Assembly (NCBI GenBank): GCA_043728355.1 | Contig: JAYTMQ010000055.1 | Coordinates: forward strand, 16,937 to 80,936 | DNA: 64,000 bases | Direction of reading: 5' to 3' | Source: Bacteroidota bacterium | GTDB lineage: Bacteria; Bacteroidota; Bacteroidia; Flavobacteriales; Flavobacteriaceae | Shown here: in pieces, positions 40,010 to 49,561 of the stretch | Layout: every line of letters begins with the position of its first letter | Position numbering within the stretch: the stretch's first letter is position 1 | Position numbers and translations under genes: made by a program | Notes under the pieces: generated by a model | Told to the model about the DNA's origin: nothing | The model's input: only the letters and a program-made list of their open reading frames with translations | The model's database searches: none

Positions 40010-40545
40010 TAAATAATTGATTTTTGGATTTGTAAATTATCCATAAAAACCATCGTGGCGTCAGGAATATTCCCTTTTATAATACAACCTGCACCAATAA
40101 CACAATTGCGACCAATAGTTGTGTTTCTTAAAACAACTACGTTGCTTGCCAACCAAGTTCCTGAACCAATACTTATTTCACCAACATTATATTCCGATGA
40201 ACTTACACCATTTTTAGAATCAAATTTGTGATCATTATCAAAAATACAAACATTTGGACCAAAGTTACAATTGTCTCCAATTGTGATTTTTGACTTAGAA
40301 CTTATTGAGCAATTTTGATTTATAAAAACTTTTTCGCCAATAATAATTTCTCCATTATTAGTTGCTATTATTGAACAATTTCTAGAAAAATCTAGATTTC
40401 GACCCAATGTTATTTTGCCATTTTGAAACAAATCAATTTTTACTGAAGGGTGAATTCTTTGAATTATTGAAGATTTAAAATTTTTATTAAATAAATTCAA
40501 TAGTCCAAACCTGATTCCATTATAAATTATTAAAAAATATAGCAT
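40009..40545 (-). CDS. Hexapeptide-repeat O-acetyltransferase
   Basis: Left-handed beta-helix repeats IGDNCNFGPNVCI, DH, IGRNCVIGAG. Confidence 0.85.
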   Translation of the reverse strand: MLYFLIIYNGIRFGLLNLFNKNFKSSIIQRIHPSVKIDLFQNGKITLGRNLDFSRNCSIIATNNGEIIIGEKVFINQNCSISSKSKITIGDNCNFGPNVCIFDNDHKFDSKNGVSSSEYNVGEISIGSGTWLASNVVVLRNTTIGRNCVIGAGCIIKGNIPDATMVFMDNLQIQKSII

Positions 40546-40554
40546 TTGGGTTGA

Positions 40555-41658
40555 CTATTTTAAGGCGTTTAAAAGAAAATCTTTAGATATTTTAATTTTA
40601 TTAGAAATTAAAATATTTATAGTTTTATAATCAAAATTATTAGTTTCAATGTCTGTTTTTTGATTTTCGTTAATTAATAAATGACTAATATTCAAGTTTT
40701 CTAATAAATCTCGCATTCTGGTATTGATTTTTTCTGAACGATTAAAAACCAAAAACTTTTTATTAAAAATTAAAGAAAATGCTACTGCATGAAATGAGTT
40801 TGATAAAACAAATTTAGCGTTAAAAATTAAACTTAAAAAATCATTTGGAGCTGAAAAGACATATTTTTTATCAGTATAATTAATATTTTGGTTGACAGAA
40901 TAAATTTTTAAATTATGTTTTTTAGCCAAATACAAAGCTGTTTTTTTGATTTCTAAATTATTATCAAAATCATAAACAAAAATAAAATTTTGGTTTATTG
41001 TTTGTACAAAATTATTTTTCCAAAAATCTGCATCTAATAAAAAAACTGGATCTAGAACTTGAATTGCATTTGTGATCCCTAATTTTTCAAGAATTGTCAA
41101 TCCCGAAGTTTCTCTAACAGATACATTATTGATTCTGCTGACTTTATCAAATACAAAATCATTAATATTTTCTCCAAATTCATCTATGGCAAAACTTGCA
41201 GCATAAGCAATTTTAATCTTATTAGTAGGAACAAAATCTAAATAAAAAGCTGGATCTTTTCCGTTTTCAAAAAAAGAATTCCATATTTGATCGCTACCTG
41301 TAATATAAAAATCTGCTTCTGGTAAGTTAGATTTTAATTCTAAATTATTGTGAAACTTTTTTGGCAATATATCTAAATATTTCTTTTCGAAAGCATCAAA
41401 ATTAGTTTTTCTTTTTCTTTCTATTAATCTTACAGGTAATTTTAATGTCAAATAAATAAGTTGTAAAAAAATATTTTTTTGAAATTTATTATTTGAAATT
41501 GCCCATAAGTTGTAGTGATTACTTAAATAACTTGGTTTATAATTTATTGTTTTTGCATCAAAATTCAATGATTTTAAATATTCTAACATTGCCAATTGTT
41601 GCAAAGTTGCACCATGATTATATACATTATGGCAGGTTATTGTTAAAATTTTTTTCAT
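40555..41658 (-). CDS. Polysaccharide pyruvyl transferase family protein
   Basis: NHGA.LQ, TGSDQIWN, YAASF, SVRE, DPVFLL, SNSFHA. Confidence 0.88.
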   Translation of the reverse strand: MKKILTITCHNVYNHGATLQQLAMLEYLKSLNFDAKTINYKPSYLSNHYNLWAISNNKFQKNIFLQLIYLTLKLPVRLIERKRKTNFDAFEKKYLDILPKKFHNNLELKSNLPEADFYITGSDQIWNSFFENGKDPAFYLDFVPTNKIKIAYAASFAIDEFGENINDFVFDKVSRINNVSVRETSGLTILEKLGITNAIQVLDPVFLLDADFWKNNFVQTINQNFIFVYDFDNNLEIKKTALYLAKKHNLKIYSVNQNINYTDKKYVFSAPNDFLSLIFNAKFVLSNSFHAVAFSLIFNKKFLVFNRSEKINTRMRDLLENLNISHLLINENQKTDIETNNFDYKTINILISNKIKISKDFLLNALK

Positions 41659-41671
41659 TTCACAGTAAAAG

Positions 41672-42814
41672 TTAGGATTCTATTAATTGATACAAACTTT
41701 TCATTGTTCTTTCTTTTTCAGAATTATCAGGTTTTTTTAAGTTATTGATAATTTTGTTTTTCAAATCAGGATTGTTAATGTATTTTTCAATTTTTGAAGC
41801 TATATCAATTGAATTCATTTCGCAAATTAAACCCGAAAAATCATCTTTTAGAATGTGCTTTACAGTCGGAAAATTAGTGCATACTATTGGTTTTTCTATT
41901 ATTTTGGCTTCTAAAACAGTCAATCCTAATCCTTCGAAAATAGATGTTTGAACATAAATATCGCAAGATTTCATATATCCAAAAGGATTTTCGTCAAAAC
42001 CCAATAAATAAAAATTATTTTGCAGTTTGAATTTAGTAATTAACGCTTCTAGTTTTGGTCTCAAAACACCTTCTCCGACAATAAACCAATTTATATCATA
42101 ACCTTTTCTAACCAAAATATCACACGCTTCAATTGCCAAGTCAAGACCTTTTTGATGTGTTAATCTGCAAACTGTTACGATTTTAATTTTATTTGAATCT
42201 GGTAATTTTTTTCCAACTTTACTTAAACTTAAAACTGATGTCACATCAGTAATGTCGTAAATAACTTGTGTGTCAAATTTTTGACCAATCAAATTCATTT
42301 CATTAATAAAAATTGATTCGCATTGACCAGAAACAGAAATTATTTTATCGAATTTTTTATAAAAACCAATATCAAAACTAGGTTTGTAACCCGCAATTTT
42401 ATAATCAATATTTAAATAAGCAATTTTTTTGAAAGATTTAGTTTTAGTTGCTACAAAATAAGTCGCAAAACCTTGATTTGAAGCAAAAATGGTATCGTAA
42501 AATTTATTGTGATTTGGGATACTTTTTCCAAAAACCCTCCAAAAAACTTGAGCAGGATGAAATTTTTTGTCGATTTTTAAAACCTTTAATTGAATTCTAT
42601 TTAATAAAAGTTTAAAAAACCCAGTATCTTTTAAAGGTTTAAAAAAAATTACATTTACTTCTTTAGGCAAAAACTTCTGAAATTCAGAATCTTCAACAAT
42701 CATTAATAAATCGACATTATATTTAGAATAATCAAAATTTTGGAGAATTGCCAAAAGACTTTTTTCGGAACCGCCACAATTCAAAGATTCGATTACAAAT
42801 AAAACATCTTTCAT
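41672..42814 (-). CDS. Glycosyltransferase family 4
   Basis: GGSEKSL, RLTHQKG, QTSIFEGLGLTVLEA. Confidence 0.88.
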   Translation of the reverse strand: MKDVLFVIESLNCGGSEKSLLAILQNFDYSKYNVDLLMIVEDSEFQKFLPKEVNVIFFKPLKDTGFFKLLLNRIQLKVLKIDKKFHPAQVFWRVFGKSIPNHNKFYDTIFASNQGFATYFVATKTKSFKKIAYLNIDYKIAGYKPSFDIGFYKKFDKIISVSGQCESIFINEMNLIGQKFDTQVIYDITDVTSVLSLSKVGKKLPDSNKIKIVTVCRLTHQKGLDLAIEACDILVRKGYDINWFIVGEGVLRPKLEALITKFKLQNNFYLLGFDENPFGYMKSCDIYVQTSIFEGLGLTVLEAKIIEKPIVCTNFPTVKHILKDDFSGLICEMNSIDIASKIEKYINNPDLKNKIINNLKKPDNSEKERTMKSLYQLIES

Positions 42815-42846
42815 TTATGATTGATAAAGGTTTTATAAAGATATTA

Positions 42847-43812
42847 TTATCTTATATAATTTCTAAATAGTTTGTAAAAATAGAATAAATATACATTAAA
42901 ATTATATATTTTTTTTTCAAGTGAAACAATTTCTCTTTCACTTTCAAAAGGCTGAATTTTAGGAATTATTTTTTTGACCTTTTTTAAATATTCGATTTTC
43001 GAATTTAAACTTAAATTAGATTTTATCAAAAAACTAAAAAATTGATTTAGGTTGTTGTATATTTTATTTTCAATATCTATTAATCCAAAATAATTGATTT
43101 TTTTTAGATTCTGAAAATAATCCAGAATAAAAATTGATGATTTAATCCTTTTTTCATAAACATTACTATTTATTAAAGAATTGGGTCTAATTCTATAATT
43201 AACGACAATTAAATCAATTTTTTTAATTTTATTTACATAACAAAAGCAATCCCAGTTGAATTTTTCGTCTTCAGAAAAAGTTTCTTCGTTAAATATTATT
43301 TTGTTGGTTTTTAGAAATGATTTTTTATAAATATACAACCAAACTGGAATTAAAACCCTTTCATTTTTTTTGATAAAGTCAATTCCGTTTGTCGTTTCAA
43401 TGTTTTTTTCGCCATATAAAGCAGATGCGAATTTTTTGGTTTTTTGATAATAAAACTGAAATGAAAACTCTAGCATTTCTATATCAAAATTATTTAAGTT
43501 TTCTAAAATTGTATTAATTGTATTATCAATAATCCAATCGTCGCCATCTATAAACCAAACAAATTCTCCTTTTGCGATTTCTAAACCAAGGTTTCTCGCA
43601 AATCCTTGACCACGATTTGATTGATTTATAAGTAGTATGTTTTGGTGTTTTTTAACATATTCTTCACAAATAGATTTACAATTATCGGTCGAACCGTCGT
43701 TAATTAGAATTATTTCGACTTCTTTATTATCGATTTGATTAACGATACTATCTATACATTCAGCTAAATAAGCTTCGATGTTATATATTGGAATAATTAT
43801 AGATAGTTTCAT
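42847..43812 (-). CDS. Glycosyltransferase family 2
   Basis: SIIIPIYN, INDGSTD, ARN.G, FIDGDD, SED. Confidence 0.9.
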   Translation of the reverse strand: MKLSIIIPIYNIEAYLAECIDSIVNQIDNKEVEIILINDGSTDNCKSICEEYVKKHQNILLINQSNRGQGFARNLGLEIAKGEFVWFIDGDDWIIDNTINTILENLNNFDIEMLEFSFQFYYQKTKKFASALYGEKNIETTNGIDFIKKNERVLIPVWLYIYKKSFLKTNKIIFNEETFSEDEKFNWDCFCYVNKIKKIDLIVVNYRIRPNSLINSNVYEKRIKSSIFILDYFQNLKKINYFGLIDIENKIYNNLNQFFSFLIKSNLSLNSKIEYLKKVKKIIPKIQPFESEREIVSLEKKIYNFNVYLFYFYKLFRNYIR

Positions 43813-43830
43813 TTTTCTGAAAATTGAAAA

Positions 43831-44769
43831 TTATTTTTTGAATAAAAATAATGACAAATAGGCTTTTGCAAATTTTATTTTAGCTGAAAAATGGCTTTGA
43901 CTTAGAAATCTTTTAAGAAATTCTATTTGAGATTTGTCAATTTTTTGCTTGCTTGTTTTTAATATAAGTATTTCAATAGCAGTATCCAAAAACAAATTGT
44001 CTTTTAAATTAGCAATGTTTTTGGTTCTTGATTCTGGAATTAATTTAAGAATTTCATTAATATTTTCGTAAGAATTTAATTTTTTATAGTAACTTGATTT
44101 TAATGAAAAAATACCACCTTCGTGAATTCTATACACTCCTGAACTAAAATTCATAAAAATACCTAAACCATTTGTAAGCAATAACGAATACAAAGTATTG
44201 TCTTTTGAATGATTAAATTTGTTCAATTCTTCAATATCTAATGCACTTTTTTTAAAAACAGCAGTTAATGTCAATGTGCAATAAGGATTAAAAATGTTAT
44301 CAAAGTTAATAGTATATAATTCTGGCAATTTTTTAGAAAAATTATTTTGAGTTAAAACATTTTTCTTGTCATTTAGATTTAAATAATCAGTCCAAGAAAC
44401 AACATAATCTTCATTTTTTTCAAGAAAATTTACCTGTTTTTGAAGTTTTGATTTATCAGTCCAATAATCATCTCCTTCGCAAAGTGCAATGTATTTTAAA
44501 TTGCACTGACTTAAAGCAAAAATAAAATTAGACATCATTCCTAAATTATTTTTATGACTAAAATATTTAATATTATTACCTTTCGGATGGTTTTCAATAA
44601 TCTGATTAACAACGATATCTGTATTATCTGGTGAGCAATCATTAGAAATAATTAACTCAAAATCAAAATCGGTTTCTTGCATTAAAACACTTAGAATTGC
44701 CTGAGAAATGTATTTTTCGTGACCAAATGTTATCATTACAACCGATAAAATAACATTGTTTTTTTTCAT
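43831..44769 (-). CDS. Glycosyltransferase family 2
   Basis: LSVVMITFGHE, NDCSPD, IALCEGDDYW, KLQKQV. Confidence 0.9.
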   Translation of the reverse strand: MKKNNVILSVVMITFGHEKYISQAILSVLMQETDFDFELIISNDCSPDNTDIVVNQIIENHPKGNNIKYFSHKNNLGMMSNFIFALSQCNLKYIALCEGDDYWTDKSKLQKQVNFLEKNEDYVVSWTDYLNLNDKKNVLTQNNFSKKLPELYTINFDNIFNPYCTLTLTAVFKKSALDIEELNKFNHSKDNTLYSLLLTNGLGIFMNFSSGVYRIHEGGIFSLKSSYYKKLNSYENINEILKLIPESRTKNIANLKDNLFLDTAIEILILKTSKQKIDKSQIEFLKRFLSQSHFSAKIKFAKAYLSLFLFKK

Positions 44770-44787
44770 AATTAAATCTCTGAAAAC

Positions 44788-45834
44788 CTAATTGTATTGT
44801 TTGTCGTAATATTTGGCATATTCGCCAGAAGTTACATTGTTTAGCCAAGTTTCATTGTTTAAAAACCAATCAATTGTTAGTTGTAAACCTTGTTCGAAAG
44901 TAACAGATGGCGACCAACCTAGTTCTTTATTAATTTTTGAAGCATCAATAGCATATCGCAAATCATGACCTGGACGGTCTTTTACATAAGTTATTAATTC
45001 GGCTGATTTCCCTGCATTTCTGCCCAATTTTTCATCCATAATAGTACAAAGCAATTTGACTAAATCGATGTTTTGCCATTCATTGAATCCGCCAATATTA
45101 TAGGTTTCGTGGTTTCTGCCTTCATGAAAAACTAGGTCGATTGCTACTGCGTGGTCTTCAACAAAAAGCCAATCGCGAGTATATTTTCCGTCGCCATAAA
45201 CTGGTAAAGACTTGTTATTAATAATGTTATTGATAAAGAGTGGAATTAATTTTTCAGGAAAATGATTAGGTCCATAATTGTTAGAGCAATTGGTTATTAC
45301 ATAAGGCAAACCATAGGTTTCGCCATAAGCACGAACAAAATGATCCGAACTTGCTTTTGATGCTGAATAAGGAGAATTTGGGTCATAGGCAGTAGTTTCT
45401 GTAAACAAACCCTCAGCTCCAAGTGAGCCATAAACCTCATCAGTCGAAACATGATAAAACCGTTTTCCTTCGAAATCATTTTTCCAAGAATTTTTGGCTG
45501 CATTTAACAAATTCATTGTTCCAATAACATTTGTACGGACAAATGATAATGGATCGGTTATGGATCGATCTACATGAGATTCGGCTGCAAGATGCACAAC
45601 TCCGTCAAATTGATGTTCTGCAAACAAATTATTTATAAAAGTTTCGTCCACAATATCAGCTTTCACGAAAGTATAATTCGGCAGTTTTTCTATATCTGAA
45701 ATATTTTCGAGATTTCCAGCGTAGGTCAAAACATCTAAATTAAAAATATGATAATTCGGATATTTATTCACAAATCTTCTGACAACATGAGAACCAATAA
45801 ATCCAGCTCCACCAGTGATTAATATTTTTTTCAT
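44788..45834 (-). CDS. rfbB: dTDP-glucose 4,6-dehydratase
   Basis: TGGAGFIGS, LTYAGNL, HLAAESHVDRSI, STDEVYG, PYSASKA, DRPGHDLRY. Confidence 0.96.
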   Translation of the reverse strand: MKKILITGGAGFIGSHVVRRFVNKYPNYHIFNLDVLTYAGNLENISDIEKLPNYTFVKADIVDETFINNLFAEHQFDGVVHLAAESHVDRSITDPLSFVRTNVIGTMNLLNAAKNSWKNDFEGKRFYHVSTDEVYGSLGAEGLFTETTAYDPNSPYSASKASSDHFVRAYGETYGLPYVITNCSNNYGPNHFPEKLIPLFINNIINNKSLPVYGDGKYTRDWLFVEDHAVAIDLVFHEGRNHETYNIGGFNEWQNIDLVKLLCTIMDEKLGRNAGKSAELITYVKDRPGHDLRYAIDASKINKELGWSPSVTFEQGLQLTIDWFLNNETWLNNVTSGEYAKYYDKQYN

Positions 45835-45844
45835 TTTTAAATTT

Positions 45845-47122
45845 TTATAGACTTTTATCAGCTTTTTCTTTTAAAATTCCTTTTACGTCGTAAATAACCG
45901 AATTTTCAGTTTTTAGATTATCAAAATCTAAATCAAGAAATTGTTTGTGAGCAACTCCCAAAACTATAGCATCAAATTTTTGATTAGGCAATTTAGTCAA
46001 ATTTTCTAAATTATATTCTTTTTTTACCTCAAGAGGATTTGCCCAAGGATCAAATAATGTTACATTAATTCCATAATCAGCAATGCTTTTTACAACATCT
46101 ACTATTTTGGTATTGCGAACATCAGGACAATTTTCTTTGAAAGTAATTCCAAGCATTAATAGATTTGCACCTTTAATAGCAATTTCATTTTTAATCATTA
46201 ATTTGACAACTTGACTCGCAACATATTCGCCCATACTATCATTCAAGCGTCTTCCAGCAAGAATAATTTCGGGATTATAACCAACTTCTTGAGCTTTTTG
46301 TGCTAAATAATATGGATCGACGCCAATGCAATGTCCACCTACTAAACCTGGCTTGAAAGGTAGAAAATTCCATTTTGTACCAGCAGCTTCAAGAACAGCG
46401 TGCGTATCAATTTCAAGTAAATTAAATATTTTAGCTAATTCGTTTACAAATGCAATATTAATATCACGCTGTGAATTTTCGATAACTTTAGCAGCTTCGG
46501 CTACTTTTATTGAAGGTGCCAAATGCGTTCCAGCAGTTATTATTGACTTGTATAAATCGTTGACTTTAGTTCCGATTTCTGGAGTAGAACCAGCAGTAAC
46601 TTTCAAGATTTTATCGACTGTATGTTCTTTATCTCCTGGGTTTATGCGTTCTGGCGAATATCCAGCAAAAAAATCTTGATTGAATTTTAATCCACTAATT
46701 TTTTCAAGAATTGGCACACATTCATCTTCTGTCACTCCAGGATAGACTGTCGACTCATAAATCACAATATCATTAATTTTTAAAACATTAGCAACAGTTT
46801 CGCTAGCTTTAAATAAAGGTGTTAAATCGGCTTTTTTGTTTTCATCAACTGGAGTTGGAACAGTAACAATATAGTAATTACAATCTTTTATGTCGTTACT
46901 ATTATTGGTGCAAAAAAGTCCATTTTCTGCAGAAGATTCTAATTTTAAAACTGATTTCAATAAATCATTAGAAATTTCTAAAGTATTATCAAAACCTGAA
47001 TTTAATTCTAAGATTCTATTTTGATTAATGTCAAATCCTACTACATTATATTTTGTGGCAAAAAGTCTTGCCAATGGCAAACCAACATATCCTAGACCAA
47101 TAATTGCAATTTTTATTTTCAT
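45845..47122 (-). CDS. UDP-N-acetylhexosamine 6-dehydrogenase (TviB/WbpO-like)
   Basis: GLGYVGLP, VPTP, YESTVYPG, SPERINPG, GGHCIGVDP, FKENCPD.RN. Confidence 0.9.
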   Translation of the reverse strand: MKIKIAIIGLGYVGLPLARLFATKYNVVGFDINQNRILELNSGFDNTLEISNDLLKSVLKLESSAENGLFCTNNSNDIKDCNYYIVTVPTPVDENKKADLTPLFKASETVANVLKINDIVIYESTVYPGVTEDECVPILEKISGLKFNQDFFAGYSPERINPGDKEHTVDKILKVTAGSTPEIGTKVNDLYKSIITAGTHLAPSIKVAEAAKVIENSQRDINIAFVNELAKIFNLLEIDTHAVLEAAGTKWNFLPFKPGLVGGHCIGVDPYYLAQKAQEVGYNPEIILAGRRLNDSMGEYVASQVVKLMIKNEIAIKGANLLMLGITFKENCPDVRNTKIVDVVKSIADYGINVTLFDPWANPLEVKKEYNLENLTKLPNQKFDAIVLGVAHKQFLDLDFDNLKTENSVIYDVKGILKEKADKSL

Positions 47123-47131
47123 TCGATAAAA

Positions 47132-48523
47132 TTAAGAACCAATACCTTGGTATATAAAACCGATTTTTTCTAACTTTTTTCTGTCCAATAAGTTTCTCCC
47201 ATCAAATACAAATGCTGGTTTTTGCATATTGTCATAAATGTATTGCCAATCATAAGTTTTAAATTCTTCCCATTCTGTCAAAATCGCAATTGCATGTGCG
47301 TTTTTACAAGCATCAAGAGCATTTTCATAACTTTGAACGTGCATTTTATTCGATTCAGATGTTCTTGATTCGAGATAATCCAAATCAGCTAATACTTTTT
47401 TCTCAGAAACTTTTGGATCAAAAACTGCTATATTGGCTTGCTCGTTTATTAAATCATCGGCTATATAAATAGCAGCAGATTCTCTGGTATCATTGGTGTC
47501 TTTCTTGAAAGCCCAACCTAGAAATGCGATTTTTTTTCCAGAAACTGTGTTGTATAATGTTTGAACTATATTTTTAGAAAACCTTCTTTTTTGATGGTCA
47601 TTCATAATAATGACTTGTTCCCAATAATCGGCAACTTCGTTCAAACCGAAAGATTTGCAGATATATACAAGATTCAAAATGTCTTTTTGAAAACAAGATC
47701 CACCAAAACCAACAGATGCTTTCAAGAATTTAGAACCAATTCGGCTGTCCATTCCAATTGCTTTGGCAACTTCGTTTACATCGGCACCAGTTTTTTCGCA
47801 AAGTTCAGAAAGTGCATTTATTGATGATACTCTTTGAGCTAAATAGGCATTTGCTGTTAATTTAGACAATTCTGACGACCAAAGATTGGTTGTTAATATA
47901 TTTTCTTTATTGACCCAATTGGCATAAACTTCGACTAATGAGTTGATGGCAGATAATCCTCCTGGAGTTTGCTCGCCACCAATTAAAACACGGTCTGGAT
48001 TTAATAAATCATCGACAGCTGTTCCTTCGGCTAGAAATTCTGGATTTGATAAAATCTGAAATTGAACACCATTTCCAGTATTATCCAAAATGCTTTTAAT
48101 AGCTTCGGCAGTTCGAACTGGCAAAGTTGATTTTTCGACAACAATTTTATCTGTTTTAGAGACTGCAGCTATTTGTCTAGCGCAAAGTTCGATATATTTT
48201 AAATCGGCAGCCATTCCTTTTCCAGAGCCATACGTTTTGGTTGGTGTATTTACTGATATAAATATAACTTGTGCTTCGTCGATTGCTTTTTCAACATTTG
48301 TAGAAAAAAATAAATTTCTACCTCTGGCTTCTGCGACAATTTCGGATAAACCTGGTTCATAAATCGGAATATTATCAACATTTTCGTCGTTCCAAGCTGC
48401 TATTCGTTCGACATTCAAATCAACAACTGTAACTTGAATGTGTGGACATTTCTGAGCAATAATGGACATTGTTGGACCACCAACATAACCAGCTCCGATG
48501 CAACATATTTTTGTAATCTTCAT
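47132..48523 (-). CDS. ugd: UDP-glucose 6-dehydrogenase
   Basis: [39 protein letters not shown]. Confidence 0.95.
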   Translation of the reverse strand: MKITKICCIGAGYVGGPTMSIIAQKCPHIQVTVVDLNVERIAAWNDENVDNIPIYEPGLSEIVAEARGRNLFFSTNVEKAIDEAQVIFISVNTPTKTYGSGKGMAADLKYIELCARQIAAVSKTDKIVVEKSTLPVRTAEAIKSILDNTGNGVQFQILSNPEFLAEGTAVDDLLNPDRVLIGGEQTPGGLSAINSLVEVYANWVNKENILTTNLWSSELSKLTANAYLAQRVSSINALSELCEKTGADVNEVAKAIGMDSRIGSKFLKASVGFGGSCFQKDILNLVYICKSFGLNEVADYWEQVIIMNDHQKRRFSKNIVQTLYNTVSGKKIAFLGWAFKKDTNDTRESAAIYIADDLINEQANIAVFDPKVSEKKVLADLDYLESRTSESNKMHVQSYENALDACKNAHAIAILTEWEEFKTYDWQYIYDNMQKPAFVFDGRNLLDRKKLEKIGFIYQGIGS

Positions 48524-48574
48524 CTTTTTATTTAAATTCTTTTTTGCAAAAGTGCAAATATTTTATTAAAAACA

Positions 48575-49558
48575 CTATTTTAAGTTATCCCAATACCATT
48601 TGATTGCTTGTTTCAAACCAGATTGCATTGAAAATTTTGGATTATAATTTAATAATTCTTTTGCTTTATCGATACTTGCTAAAGAATGTGGAATATCACC
48701 TGATCTTTTTTCTGCGTAAATAACTGGAATTTCGGCAATTTTTGAATCAAATTCAGATAAATATAATTTTAGACATTTAACTAAATCATTTAAAGTATTT
48801 CTATCTCCAAATGCTGTGTTGTATACTGTGTTAATTGCTTTTGGATTTTTAGTCAACATTGCTAACTCATTCATCTCAAGAACATTGTCTATGTATGTAA
48901 AATCTCTTGAAAAATTGCCATCGCCATTAATTGTTGGACTTTCATGGCTCATTAATTGTGATACAAATTTAGGAATCACGGCTGCATAAGCACCATTTGG
49001 ATCTTGTTTGCGTCCAAAAACATTAAAATATCTCAATCCAACTGTTTCTAAACCATAATTTTTGCTAAAAATATCAGCATATAATTCGTTGACATATTTA
49101 GTTATAGCATAAGGAGAAAGCGGTTTTCCTATTAAATTTTCGGTTTTGGGCAAACTTTCTAAATCGCCATAAGTACTTGAGCTTGCTGCATAAATAAACC
49201 TTCTGACTTTGGCGTCTCGACTTGCAGTAATCATATTCAAAAATCCAGAAACATTGACTTCATTAGTAGTTATTGGATCGTTAATTGATCTTGGAACCGA
49301 ACCTAACGCAGCTTGATGAAAAACATAATCAATATTCTGAACTGCATTTTTGCAAGTTTCGAAATCTCGAATATCTCCTTGATATAATTTGAAATTTTCG
49401 TTTTCTAAAAATTCTAAAATATTGTGATGATGGCCAGTCGAAAAATTATCTAGACAAACAACTTTATAATTTTTATTCAAAAAATATTCGCATAAATTAG
49501 AACCAATGAAACCTGCTCCACCAGTTACTAAAATTGAAATATCTGCATTTGATTTCAT
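48575..49558 (-). CDS. UDP-GlcNAc(A) 4-epimerase (WbpP/TviC-like SDR)
   Basis: TGGAGFIGSNL, HQAALGSVPRSI, YAASSSTYGD, PYAITKYVNE, LRYFNVFG.RQDP.GAYAAVIP. Confidence 0.9.
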   Translation of the reverse strand: MKSNADISILVTGGAGFIGSNLCEYFLNKNYKVVCLDNFSTGHHHNILEFLENENFKLYQGDIRDFETCKNAVQNIDYVFHQAALGSVPRSINDPITTNEVNVSGFLNMITASRDAKVRRFIYAASSSTYGDLESLPKTENLIGKPLSPYAITKYVNELYADIFSKNYGLETVGLRYFNVFGRKQDPNGAYAAVIPKFVSQLMSHESPTINGDGNFSRDFTYIDNVLEMNELAMLTKNPKAINTVYNTAFGDRNTLNDLVKCLKLYLSEFDSKIAEIPVIYAEKRSGDIPHSLASIDKAKELLNYNPKFSMQSGLKQAIKWYWDNLK

Positions 49559-49561
49559 TTT

